A stretch of 64,000 nucleotides of DNA, from NCBI GenBank assembly GCA_051362555.1, contig CM120642.1:8370001-8434000 (forward strand), read 5' to 3'. Source of the stretch: Lingula anatina (Eukaryota > Animalia > Brachiopoda). A model generated the notes under the pieces. That model did not search any database, had not been told where the DNA came from, and worked only from the letters and a program-made list of their open reading frames with translations. This document shows positions 26,605-41,463 of the stretch, piece by piece; position 1 is the first letter of the stretch; every line of letters starts with the position of its first letter. Position numbers and translations under genes: made by a program.

Positions 26605-28471
26605 GAAAGAAACGTCAACATTGTTCTTTTTTCCTTGTAGACTATTAATTAATCCGCCATTCAAAAGTTACGTATCAGTCTCGCATTTGCATAAAATTAC
26701 AGTGAATCAGACAGAGTGGAAAATGTCTACATCACATGCAGTTAACAATGTTTTCTAACATAGGATACCATAAAAAAACGTACACAGGGCTGATAGGTAG
26801 GAAATAAACCGTACTTTACCCATTTTTTTTTTCTATGAACATGAGAATATCGATATGCTTAATTTTTGCCGCTGTGTTTATATGGGTGAATTACAGTGTG
26901 GTTTTGCTCTAAAAGCAATGGACCGTAACATACCTGAAAATTAACGGACATATTACCACTATATCCCAGATATTTTTGATTGATAATATTACTTAAATAA
27001 TACAAAGGGAAATATTTTTGAGCGTGCGCGACTATCACGACAATCTTGACCCGCGGCTCAAGTGATTTACATACTCAATACATGTAAGTCATACGTTTGC
27101 AATATTTCGGCAATTTTTCTCAGATATTTTGACATATCTATGTACATATAAAATACTAATTATTTCAAAGCTGATGGCCCACATTATGCAATTTTTCTAT
27201 CAGTCAGCTTGTTGACAGGACAGTTAGTCGTCGATTTAGTAGGTTTCAAGAAGGCTATCACGTACACATCCAGACAGATGAAACCAATTACCAGTAGATA
27301 CACATGTAGATACTTCGTTAACCTCCTTTCAAAAACCTTTAATTGCCAGTTAAAAAACGTCACCTCTGACACAAAGACAAATCTGATGATTTCATGATGT
27401 TTTTTTCAAGTGAATTATATATATATATATTTTTTTTTTAAATCAACTATGATTTACCTAGGTAAAGGTCGAATACTTAAAAAACTCATTTTCTTCTGAC
27501 ATCCGCAATACGCTCTACAAATAGGATATATACACGATTTTTCTTTTCTTTTCGAAGAATTCACATGGCAAATCATCATTTTAATCATCTCCTGTGTCCG
27601 CGCAGCAGAATTGACGTGATCTTACAGGTAGTTACAGGTTTCCGGGAGGCTCCTGGATAAGCCTGTAATTATCAGACTGTTTAAAACCCACCTACTGCAT
27701 GGCCTTTGCATGAGAACTGCAGGGAGTTGACCAACAAAAAGCTGCGCAGCGAGACCAAAGGCGATAAACCTTGAAGTCATTAGTGTCACAGCCTGATATC
27801 AAGATATCTGAGAAGAAAATGTATCGCAGACTTGTGACTCCTCACTGTGTACATAATCCTCACTGTGTACCGGTATAACCTGTGGACTGAGTGATTGACA
27901 TATGTCGTATTTTCTTGTGCCATGACATTACATAGTGTTCAAACTTTGTACAAAATCATAAACTTGAGCGAAAAGATGACAATATTGTCAGACTATTAAA
28001 CCCAATAGCATGTACAGTATGGAGGTTCATGCATCTCCATTTGTCGTATTCGAACTCCATTATGAAGGCAGGTCAGTGAGCTGTCACCAAAAAAAAGTCT
28101 TGGATCCGCCCCTGAAGGGCAGGTCAACTCACAAATAGCGACGGCAACGGCCTCGATAGACAGACGTAGGTAATGGCTATACAGTGTACTTGTATACACT
28201 GTACGTGTCTGTACATCCCCATCAGTCTATAACACACAAAGGAATCTTATAATATAGTTATGAGACATGCGGCAGAAATTCCCGGTAGTCGATTATTTGC
28301 CAATTAATGTACAGTATGGCACCTGATGAAGGCAAATTATCCCAGGAATATAAGTCTCCCTTATATGAATGAATAAGACGACAGGAGTGACAGTTACATT
28401 AGAAACGGTGAGAACTACAGAGCATACATTCTTCAGATTAAACACGATCGAAAAATTCCATAAGCAACGTA

Positions 28472-29446
28472 ATGGAGGGGAATGTCACTGAAAACATTAC
28501 ATCAGATTATGGATTGTTTCCTTTAGGCCCTTTTTACCCTATTTTCGGTTATATGACTGCAATCGTTTTGATTCTTGGTTTAATAGCCAACATGACTGTT
28601 CTCGTGGCTCTGCACAGAAGTCCAAAGTTGCGAGCCATGAAATCATCTTTATTTATTGGCGGCTTGAGCGTGACAAATGGACCGATGTTTTTCATACCAA
28701 TATTTTTCAGAGTTTCTGGTCTCATCCGGGGCAAATGGGACTTTGGCCAGGGCATGTGTGTATTTTCGGCACTGATGTCTTGGGTGGTGCTCGGGGCAGT
28801 ATTCCTTTTGTTAATGTGCCTTAAGGTGGAGAAGTACGTTGCAATCGTCTGGCCGATGTATTCTCGAAGCGAACTCTTCTCCGGTGAGCAAGGCACCATC
28901 ATCCGCCTAGTGGCCATTGGCGTATGCTTCGTCCTGCCCGTTTTAGGATTGCTTCCCGTTATTTTTCAAATGGGTGACAGCATCGTGTTCGACCCGTATT
29001 CAAGGGCATGTGTTGCATCAGCAAACGTCAGTATTACGACCAAAGTTGTGTTTTTCGGAATAATCGTCTGTATCCCAAATGCTGTGATGATGTTCTGTTA
29101 CGTCCATATGGTGATTTCCTTGATTCTGTATAAGAAGTCACTACTCCATATCAACCAGACTAGAAGACAACAAAATATGAAACTGAACATAGAGAAAAAG
29201 GTTGCAAGAATGATATGCGTTTGTTACGTTCTATACCTCGCAACTGCCGTCGCAACTTGGCTTTTTACATATACGGTACGTTCTGAAAGCTACGGATTAA
29301 TTATACTGGGAAACATACTGACTATTAAAGTATGTGCATCTTCAGTTGAAAATCCTTTAGTTTACGCTTTGATGAGTAAAAACTTCAGAGAGGCATTTAA
29401 AGAGATCGCAGGAAGATGTTCAAGAACGGTTCACCCCGCTACTTGA
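28472..29446 (+). CDS. Intronless class A (rhodopsin-like) GPCR, opsin-like, 324 aa
   Basis: Seven hydrophobic segments; N-terminal sequons NVT/NIT; N1.50 (IANMTVL); GKWDFGQGMC with the TM3 Cys; EKY in place of E/DRY; ECL2 Cys; P5.50/Y5.58 (IPNAVMMFCY); EKKVARM; NPLVY; helix 8 SKNFREAF. Confidence 0.92.
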   Translation: MEGNVTENITSDYGLFPLGPFYPIFGYMTAIVLILGLIANMTVLVALHRSPKLRAMKSSLFIGGLSVTNGPMFFIPIFFRVSGLIRGKWDFGQGMCVFSALMSWVVLGAVFLLLMCLKVEKYVAIVWPMYSRSELFSGEQGTIIRLVAIGVCFVLPVLGLLPVIFQMGDSIVFDPYSRACVASANVSITTKVVFFGIIVCIPNAVMMFCYVHMVISLILYKKSLLHINQTRRQQNMKLNIEKKVARMICVCYVLYLATAVATWLFTYTVRSESYGLIILGNILTIKVCASSVENPLVYALMSKNFREAFKEIAGRCSRTVHPAT

Positions 29447-31247
29447 GGTAGGCATGCAAGTGGGACACCAACGATACAAATACGTATTTATCAACTTCTT
29501 GTGGTAATTATTCAACTACTAATTTTAAATCATGATTTATATTTTCCGATTGTTATCCTTATGTACGATATAAAGCACAATTTATGATGCACCCACTAAA
29601 TTTTGAAAACCATATTTTGCCAGCACTACAAGAGTGGCTAGTAATGTCAGGCCTATGGCATGTAAACGTACATCCAAATAATAGCTGAATTTTTTTGCAA
29701 ATTTCTGAAGGGAATAAGGCAGCAGAGGGGAGGTATCTAAAATATAATACATGACCAAAATAATTTTTTATATATTTTTTTTACATGGCACCAGTGCTCA
29801 ATCGATTCTGAGGCATTCTGGCGAGGAATTTATTTTCTTGGAATCACAGCAGAAGAGGAAATTATTGCCGTCTTGTTGCTGGACAAAATAAGATAACGAA
29901 GTCTTCTAAGTCAATCTAGCTCAACTGTTAGGCAACTCCGGTTTCATTTTTATAGGTTTATGTTGATAAGACTACACGCGGTCACACGAGGTTTCAATGG
30001 TTTGCATTAAGCAGGGTTGAACATTTTGGAGCTTTTTTTTCTGTTAAATGTCAGACGGGCTTAGTTGCACCACATTCATGCGACAAGACAATGGACCTCT
30101 TTCGGTTTGGAAAAAGTTGGCTTTTGGTTAAATAAGAACATAGGTATACTAATACACCAATTGCGTGCCTTTGTGGATTTTATTAAATTGTCACAATTTG
30201 TATAAAACTGTTTTCTCATATGATATGGATTTTGATGTTGTTGTCTTGTCATGTGCATGTACTGGTAGACCTATCGCCCAGAGTTTGTCACCATTAGGCC
30301 TGTTATAGAATGGGTAATTTTAATAACGCTTTATGCGTTGTATTTAGAGAACGTAAATGTTACACACTATTCGTAACTCGTGACAAATGTAGCGTTTTAT
30401 TTCTTCAGTGTAAGGATTATTGGTGCCCATCACACACCTTGAATTGGAGGTTTTAAACTGACATCGTTATTTGACACACTACGGATTAGTAATGTGTAGT
30501 TTATCAAACAGGTATACGTTCGCATAATAGCGAAATGTGTTCACGTTTGAGGGATCAGCACCTTCTTCCGCAATAATATTGTTGATTTACGCAACAACAA
30601 AAAATAATGATAATTTTATTTCAGTTTGTAATGCTTCATGTTACAACATGTTAACGTTGCTGGCTGCCTATGCTAATCCTAATTCTAGGCCTACTGTTTG
30701 CATAGTTTAGGAAAGAAGAAAAGGTATTATGAAAATTAATAATTTAATTGGATAAGAAGTAGATTTAAGTAAGATTACTGCACTTACGATCACATATACA
30801 TTTAGATGTTTTTATCATCATGTTACGTTACTTAAGGTAGGATTTTCCGCGGATTTGCCTGGGGTAACCTGTATCGTTTTCTCTGCCCGTTTCCTAACAC
30901 TCGCCATAACTGTGCAACAATCAACGTGTCCTAAAAAGTTCTAAACCAACTCTTAAGCAATGTTTTTTTCTACAGGTATCTCAACGGTTTGACTTGGAGA
31001 GTTAGTTGAACTTTTAAAGTCACCTTGAACTTGTATGGTATAGACATTGAAAAATCCAATCTTGTCTTGTAAAGAAACAACTTTATCAATGGAAATTATA
31101 CTAAACTAATCGAGGCCATGACATTCACTTTGTCCAAAAATCTCGGGACCGCTTTTCAATAAAAAAAATTGTTACTGTCACTATTAAGGCATATTTCCAT
31201 AAACTAGAAAACAGGGCATTTGTATTACTGCCAATCCAGTATTATTA

Positions 31248-31254
31248 TAGTAGC

Positions 31255-31291
<37 letters not shown>
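31248..31291. repeat. (TAG)n microsatellite
   Basis: ~14 units, one interrupted. Confidence 0.95.
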
Positions 31292-32702
31292 ATCCTCAGT
31301 CAATTTAAAAGTTTGAACAGAGAACATAATCATATACATGTAATGTTAAGGTGTAAATCTTTATATATATATAAACCTCATAACCTCAGTTCGAGCCGAT
31401 AACTTCCTTAGATCTTAATAAGGCTTCGTCATTGCAGCGACCTAAATAAAGCACACGACAGTTTATGACAATTGGTCTGAGCTATTTGTATGAGTTGAAT
31501 AATTTCTAAACTGTAATATGGGAAATAAAAATCCCAAAACATGTACATGTTGCTACCTCCTAAACTGTGATACTAATAGTTTGGTTCCTTTTTGTTTTAA
31601 AGAGAAGGGTAATATGAATGCATCCACTTTTTAGAAGCATGTTAAGCCCCCCGCACATGGTAAGCAATTGGCGCGCGCCACTGCACCGTTTTCTCACCGT
31701 TTGCGGGGGTATTTTGGTGAGATTTTTGCCTCTCGCGCAGCTGAGCAACATGCTTCTTTGTGGACTCGCTGTATCAATACAATGTATCTTTCGAAGAAAT
31801 AACTGTATCACTACCTCTTGTCCGTGGTTAGTATTACTTTGGTGTGCATCTATGACATATAAATTTTAATAACCACCCCTTGTCAAGAAGAAAATGTAAA
31901 GCTGTAGTTATTAAATTTGCGTATTGTGTAGGCCTATTAATTGTATTTTTAAATGATTAAAATTATTTCGTCGACTCGATTTGGTTGTACATGTATCTCA
32001 CACGTGAACAATTTTTATCGATAAAATCCATTCATATAAAATAGCGGCTTTCAGGACAGCGTTTATTGTAGAATCTCACATTTCTCCTAAGACAAAGACG
32101 ATAATCTACAACTTAAACACTGCTTTTTTTATTTCTCAATAATTCAACGAATTGAGCAGCTAGTGGCAGAAGAAAAGACTATGATGTGTTATTTATTTTG
32201 GGATAAAACAAATTTTGAGTAAAATAGATAAATAAATAAATAAAAAGGGTGTGTAATCTTTATACCGTAATTAATGTTGAAGAACGAAGTGAAGCATAAA
32301 GACATTTTTCAAAAATCACAAAACCCGACTTGCAAACAAAGTCTGAAGTGAAAGTTTTAATGTGATAGGAAGATGTGGCGGCCTCAATGACACAGCACCA
32401 GTACGTACATGCGCAGAGAATGAATTGTGTATTTAAAAAACCGGGAAAATTATATTTTTGGCGCGAAAAATTTAAACATCATCTGATGATAGATGTTTAA
32501 TAAGACATAGGGCCTACCATTTCTGACGCCATCCTATTCACATCTTATCCCACCAACATTTTGATACTTTCCCGTAGTTCATATAAAATCAACAATCGCA
32601 GAAGAAGACCTGATAAAAATATATATTAATGATATTGTTTCTCCATTTTCCAAGAAAGAGGATCGATATCATTTTCAGATTTTGTTCATGACAATCTGTT
32701 TT

Positions 32703-32842
32703 AGTTCCAAGAATTAAATACTTTTACTATTACTAAATAATATAATTTATATATTTTTTCTTTGAATAACAAGTTCCAAGAATTAAATGCTTTTACTATT
32801 ACTTAATAATATAATATATTTTTTTCTTTGAATTACAAGTTC
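32703..32842. repeat. ~69-bp AT-rich tandem duplication
   Basis: agttccaagaattaaat.cttttactattact...ctttgaat.aca present twice. Confidence 0.85.
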
Positions 32843-33605
32843 CTAATCATGGTGTGAAGATAAAAACAACTAACTCATGCACCTGCAAAATCATTGGCAG
32901 ATGGCAGATTATTCACATTAAAGGGATAATAACTCTTTGTATGAGATATATATTTCACAATAAAAACATTGTGAGCAACTCACAGAAATATAATATATTC
33001 TGTTTTACCACTAAAAAGGCATTTACAGCCATTATTCTGATATCTGAGCTTGTCTTTAGACCACATGACCTCCATATATGGCTATACTCTGTTATAATCT
33101 CTTAAGAGATTATAACAAAAAAAAAAAAAAAACTTTTTAGAAAAAAAACAGGGACTAACTTTGAATGTAAAAATGGATTTATTAACCATTGGTAAGTATG
33201 GGAAAATTATTGTTTACTCTTATTCTTATTATCCCTTTAACAGATACACAAATCGCTCACTCTGGGTTTAATAAAACTATTGATTCCGACTTCATCCTGA
33301 TTATGTGTATTTTATTCTGATTTAACTGTGCCTAAATAGATACATGTAATGCTGATTTCATGCAAAAAAAAACAACAGGAATCTCCACAACATACAGCTT
33401 TTTTAGAATTTTATACTATAGTTCAATCACAGACGATTAGCATACGTCAACACAAGTCATATAAGTCGTCAAAAACAAGACGCTAATCTTCTTAAATATC
33501 TTATTCTGCAAATCTTACTTAACAGCACAATCACTGATGCCTAGCAGGGTTTAAGTCAATTCACAATCGTCACAAAACAAAAACACATCATCTTGTGTGT
33601 TATTT

Positions 33606-34412
33606 TTACATCCAGACTGAAGAATACCTATCTCGAGCTTGGGTATCTAGTTTTTTGCAGGCTTCACAATTCGGCCCGTTAGTGGGTCCACAGTAACCAT
33701 CACACCCTCGCACCCCTACCAGCACTCTTCGGCCACAATAAAAGTGTCCCGTCTCTGGGCCGACCCTAGCTGCTGCACCATCAGAGTTCACGAGCCATCC
33801 ACGGGGAAGACAACGCCCCTCCACATCCAATTTCATACAGGCTTCACAGTTACACCCATTGGTCGGACCACAGTGACCATTACAACACCGACAATAACCA
33901 TTCAGCAGTTGGCTGCAGTAGTATTTACCAGTAGACCCAAGACGCGCCTCGTGATTTCTGCGATTTCTTGTTCTTTCCACCCGACAAACTTGGCCCTGCT
34001 GAATGTTAGTTGCTCCTTTTGGTTCCGGTTCAAACAAACGCTCTGCTTTGGCCAGTAATATATCTCGATGAACGTCACCAATGTGGTGAATAAAGGCGTC
34101 TCTCGGGCCGCTGAACTTACATGATGTACTGGGACATTCCAGCATTCTTCTCGGACAGCGGGCAATGTGTTCATTCATTTCAGATCGGGACACCGTGAGC
34201 CCGCATCCCATTGGGCACTGTGACTGCATGTTTCCTATGACTCGCCGTGCAAAATGGGCCACTACGGACTGAAAATGTTTCCTACAATTTGGACAGTTAT
34301 TACTACCAACTGAAGACAAACAATTTTCACAAAAAATATGGTGACAGCAGCTAGTTTCCACTGCATTGTCGGCTATCTCATAGCAGATTAAGCAAGTGAG
34401 TTGTTCCTCCAT
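33606..34412 (-). CDS. RING-HC + TRAF/SINA-type zinc-finger protein with two tandem C-terminal Cys-rich repeats (putative E3 ligase), ~268 aa
   Basis: RING C3HC4 CLIC..CCHHIFCENC..CPNC, then CPMGC..H..RC and CPSTSC..H...H fingers, then two YC..C.G.CGPTNG.NCEAC.KLD repeats. Splice acceptor at 34431-34432; first in-frame ATG at 34412 (MEEQLTC). An upstream coding exon cannot be excluded. Confidence 0.88.
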   Translation of the reverse strand: MEEQLTCLICYEIADNAVETSCCHHIFCENCLSSVGSNNCPNCRKHFQSVVAHFARRVIGNMQSQCPMGCGLTVSRSEMNEHIARCPRRMLECPSTSCKFSGPRDAFIHHIGDVHRDILLAKAERLFEPEPKGATNIQQGQVCRVERTRNRRNHEARLGSTGKYYCSQLLNGYCRCCNGHCGPTNGCNCEACMKLDVEGRCLPRGWLVNSDGAAARVGPETGHFYCGRRVLVGVRGCDGYCGPTNGPNCEACKKLDTQARDRYSSVWM

Positions 34413-34995
34413 CACATCTGAGGGAAAATTCTGCAAGACAACGAAGAGAAAATCAAATGATAATTTATACGTGTAGATACCTGAATATTATTATATGATT
34501 ATCATTTAGATTAAACATAAGTGTTTATTTATAACTGTGTATGCACAAATTCATAGTTGCAGTCTACTGATATATTATACACGGTAGTGACAATATAGGC
34601 TTATACATGTAACTGATGTAAGTACATGTAATTATAATTCCTGGGGTAATCAAAGAGAGGGTGACAACCTGCCATTGTCTCGTCAAAAGGCCTAACCATT
34701 ATAAGGGTATAGTCACACAGAAAGAAAAACGTGAATTATCGGAACATTACTAATGAAGTCACAGGAGCAGATGTCGGTCCGTATATATCAAACCTTGACC
34801 AAGAACCCTGATGACGAGTGAACGGTAGTTAAAATCAATACCTGGTGGATCGACTACTGTTCATGCGTGACAAGCCCTAATTGCACAGAAAGGTAACAAA
34901 CCGATATCCGGTGGGCGTTACTGACAGTCCGGTGACGGCCAGCTACTATCAATAACCATGTCACTGGCGCGTTTCCACCGGGTCATAATAAAACG

Positions 34996-35246
34996 CGCAA
35001 TACAGCGCAATATACTAGAAAAAAACAATCCGGTCGCAAGTTAACACAGGAAACGGTCATTTCCAACAAAATAGGGTGATATAAAAGCAATATGATACGG
35101 TCAAGAAGAGTCCCGGCGATAAACAAGCCGTTCGTTAAGTTGTTTCAACATCGTATTCTGTTGGGATTGTCCGTTTCCTGTGTTTACTTGTGACTGGCTT
35201 TTTTTTTTTTGTGTGTGTGTGTGTGTGTGTGTTGCGCTGTATTGCG
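34996..35246. repeat. Imperfect inverted repeat
   Basis: Perfect 15-bp outer arms cgcaatacagcgcaa/ttgcgctgtattgcg; inner arms gtcgcaagttaacacaggaaacgg/ccgtttcctgtgtttacttgtgac. Confidence 0.75.
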
Positions 35247-35752
35247 GCTTACATGTATTGCCCGTACATGTATTGCGCCCCCCCCCCCCCCCCCAATACA
35301 ATGTACATGTAATCATGTAATATCGCACTATTATTTTACCAGTGCTTATATGGGGAAATTACTTTTCTGTGTCTAGAACAGTGCGGTATTCTTGAGTCGT
35401 ATTACGTGCATGGTTGATAGCTTCACTTATCATGACCTATCGCTCGAAGTGACAGCCAAACGCACGTAGGCCTACAGGCTGCGTAGACAGAATTCAATGA
35501 TCAGGGATCCTAGAGAAAGGTGAGAAACGGCCATTGTTCTCGTCAGATAGGTTAACTATTTTAGGGTATGTACGCACTGGCAGAAAATTACGAATTGTGG
35601 GAACGTTACTAATGAAGCCACTGGAGTAGGCTACTAGTAGACATCAGTACGTACATGTACTGTACATGTAGTCTTGAACAAGATATTCGATGACGAATGA
35701 ACACTTGTCAAAAACATAAGCCCCAGGTATGGTAGATCGACTACTGTTCATG

Positions 35753-35928
35753 CGGGGCCGTAGCGATAGTCCGAAGGTTCAATAGTCCGAAGGTTCATTG
35801 GTCCGAATGTTCACTATAGAACCTTCGGACCAATGAACCCTTGATGAAAAAATCGATGAAAATGTTACCACTTTTCGGACCAATGAACCTTCGGACCAAT
35901 GAACCTTCGGACTATCGAGACGCCCCCG
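35753..35928. mobile_element. MITE with CGGGG termini, internal ~15-bp repeats and 6-bp TSD
   Basis: TSD TTCATG at 35747-35752 and 35929-35934; inverted arrays of gtccgaaggttca / tgaaccttcggac. The empty-site paralog is visible at ~34857-34869. Confidence 0.9.
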
Positions 35929-36478
35929 TTCATGCGTGCCGCTAAAGGCCAAGCCCTATGACTTCACCTAAAGGTTACAAATCAATATCCGATTCTGACG
36001 GTTAGGCAAGCGTAATCATATAAGTAACGCTTTTACACCCCTGATCACGGAAACAGCAAATCGTCAAATAACATCGTGACAAAAAATTCAAAAAATCCAA
36101 ACAGATTCTGCCTTTCCGCCCACCGATTTCATTAAATGAAAGGAGACCACTACATGAACTTACGGTTTCCTTAATAACACTGCTGTTTAACCGCCATAGG
36201 AATCGGATTATTGTGATCGCCCAACCCACCTCCTGTCACTGATCAATGCAAAAATGTCTGTGCCTCGTTACAGAACTAGGTCACACTAAGTGTGCAGCAG
36301 AGCACCTGCTTTGTGTGACCTAATTACGTATGTAGTGTTCAGACAAGGATGGCCCTTTGCATTCCTAGACGGTTGTCTAGTTAGACACACAAATGAACAG
36401 TTGATACTGTGCGCATGTGGTGCTACACAAATTGAATTTTGTGATCTTCTAGAGTAACGTTGATTTTAATTATTTAAG

Positions 36479-39320
<2,842 letters not shown>

Positions 39321-41463
39321 CCTTGTTCCACCATAGAACCAAGTTTTAAAGACCTAACCAAAGTGTAGGTTGCAGAAAAGTAAAGTCCAATAAAGTGACG
39401 TTTTGGGATTGTTATGTTATTTTCACAGCAAACTGAGCAGACAACTTGTTTTTCTATATGAGGACCACTCCATGAGATTTCCCTGCCAAGATGTATTGTT
39501 GCAGGTTCTCTCCCCTCGTTTGAAAATCACTGTAGCACCTAGCTAAAGAGTTTCCTGCCCGCATCCAGCTAGGCACTAGGGTGACTGGTCTGCCGTCTGT
39601 GACAACGACCTCCCGCCCTCATCGGAGTGCCTTTTGTGACCCACCCTTGGTGCCGGCTGTCTCCAGCAAGTATACTGCATCAGACTATGAATGAGGCAGC
39701 TCTAATATCCTCAAGTCGTAGTCTCTCACTTCTGCTTGGCGGCCCCTTGAAGCTTATTACTACGAGTAGTCTCGTCCCCTTCGTTCAGGTCAGCTGACAG
39801 CTGTCTTGGTCTTCAAAGCTGACATTCCTCCGTGGGAACATCAGATCTGCAGGTTTATTGAACATTAACTTATTGCGAGTGTATCCAGTGATCCTATTGG
39901 CTGACCCTCTCAGGGCCCCGGCGGTTTGCTGGAGACGCAAATCCCATCTATTCTGGGCTTTTTGTGTAAAACAGCGCACCGCATCCATCAGATTATATAT
40001 GGTTATCATGCTCTACTGTCTGTGTGTTCAGAATACATATTCTTTGAATACATATTCTAGAATATTGCTTTTTAACACAGAAACATTCATGTTGGCGGAA
40101 ATATGGCATGGAGTGCCCCTTTAAACTATAAAATGGGTGCATTGCATTACAAGTAAAACGTCTGGTAGTATAATGCAAAAAAATGTATGCAACAAAATTT
40201 GTATCTTTTATAGCCGATTTATTTGATTATTTATTTCAAATACGGTATTAAAGGTCCCACTGAGGACGGGTGATAGACTTACACATTATTATGAAATAAA
40301 ATTCTATTCTTTTACATAAATGGTGCGTTATATTATGTTTTCACTGCCATCCAGATTGTGTAAATGTGAGACACGCGGTACAATTTTAATGCTTGGGGAA
40401 TACTTTTAATGCAGGCAAACTGAAAAAAAAATCGAGGTGGATTTTTTTTTCTTTAACAGGTCACCGCTGTGCCACTAATGATCGGCCTCAGTACAGCCAT
40501 GTAGAGCGCTAATCTCTTTAACTATCAGTAGCCGTGATTACATTGAATGGGGTGATCGATAACTACTAGTACCATCCTATCATTTTGAATTTCATTTGAA
40601 TGAAGAGAACGAAATTGCCTTTGGAATGACAGGATTATTTTTAGAAACTTTAATTTGTGTATTTTGTTGAATGACGTGTTACGTATTAGTCCCCATAATG
40701 TGTGTATTCCTAATAACTCATCGTTAAATTAAATTCTCTTTCTGAGTGTGTGTAAATGCCTACTTTAAACTAACCAATTTACAAAAGAGAGCTTTTACAT
40801 AGATGAAGTGTTCATATTTTAGGCCTCTTTTTCCTCTGACGTGCCCACCTTGACCAACTGTACATGTACGTGAGTTATGAAATGAGTTCCATGATTCAGC
40901 AAAAACAATCAGAAGATATATCAGTTTTCACTATGACAGCCGTTATATCAGGTTTACGTGCAGTTCGACTTTAATCTATAATTTGCACAGCAATGATGAG
41001 ATTGCTATGTTTGACATGTCATTATATACATGAACTGTGCAGGGTAAGTGCGGAATACGGATGCTGCTGGTGGTTTGCTTACCAGTGCGGGATCCACCTG
41101 ACACTAATGTCTGTCTGCAAAAACAGTATCCGTCATCATTTTGCACGTAGAACAAGTAATTTCAGTTATTTCATTTGGGTTATTGAAGTTTGTGTTTGGC
41201 ACTGAAAACCTACAAGTTTTGTTAATATCCTGAAGTTGTAAAATTCGTGTCGATGTTAGACAACGACAATAATGTGGTCAACACATCGGGGTTTCCAAAT
41301 TATAACTTATAGCGAGTTTAGCTCGCCACGAATTTTTGTTCCACTTTTAGGAACAGGAACCAAATTTATTGATGAACCTACAGTAAATTTTCAGAATATT
41401 AAACTATTGTAAAGGCTGACATTTATACATACTATTACATTTACATGCTCCAGTCTTAGCGCC

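Larger units (their letters stand above)
34655..36004. repeat. Diverged direct duplication (34655-34920 and 35512-36004) between the RING and SULT genes
   Basis: Colinear shared blocks gccattgt(t)ctcgtca, agggtat, ttactaatgaag, gatgacga, gatcgactactgttcatgcgtg, caagcccta, aaagg.acaaa..atatccg. Confidence 0.8.

Noticed and set aside
29330-29335. GTATGT donor-like hexamer right after the GPCR Lys codon (it encodes the 'extra' VC)
   Set aside because: The downstream sequence continues in frame into NPLVY and helix 8, and the downstream acceptors I checked do not lead into an alternative TM7 exon. An intron-remnant origin cannot be supported.
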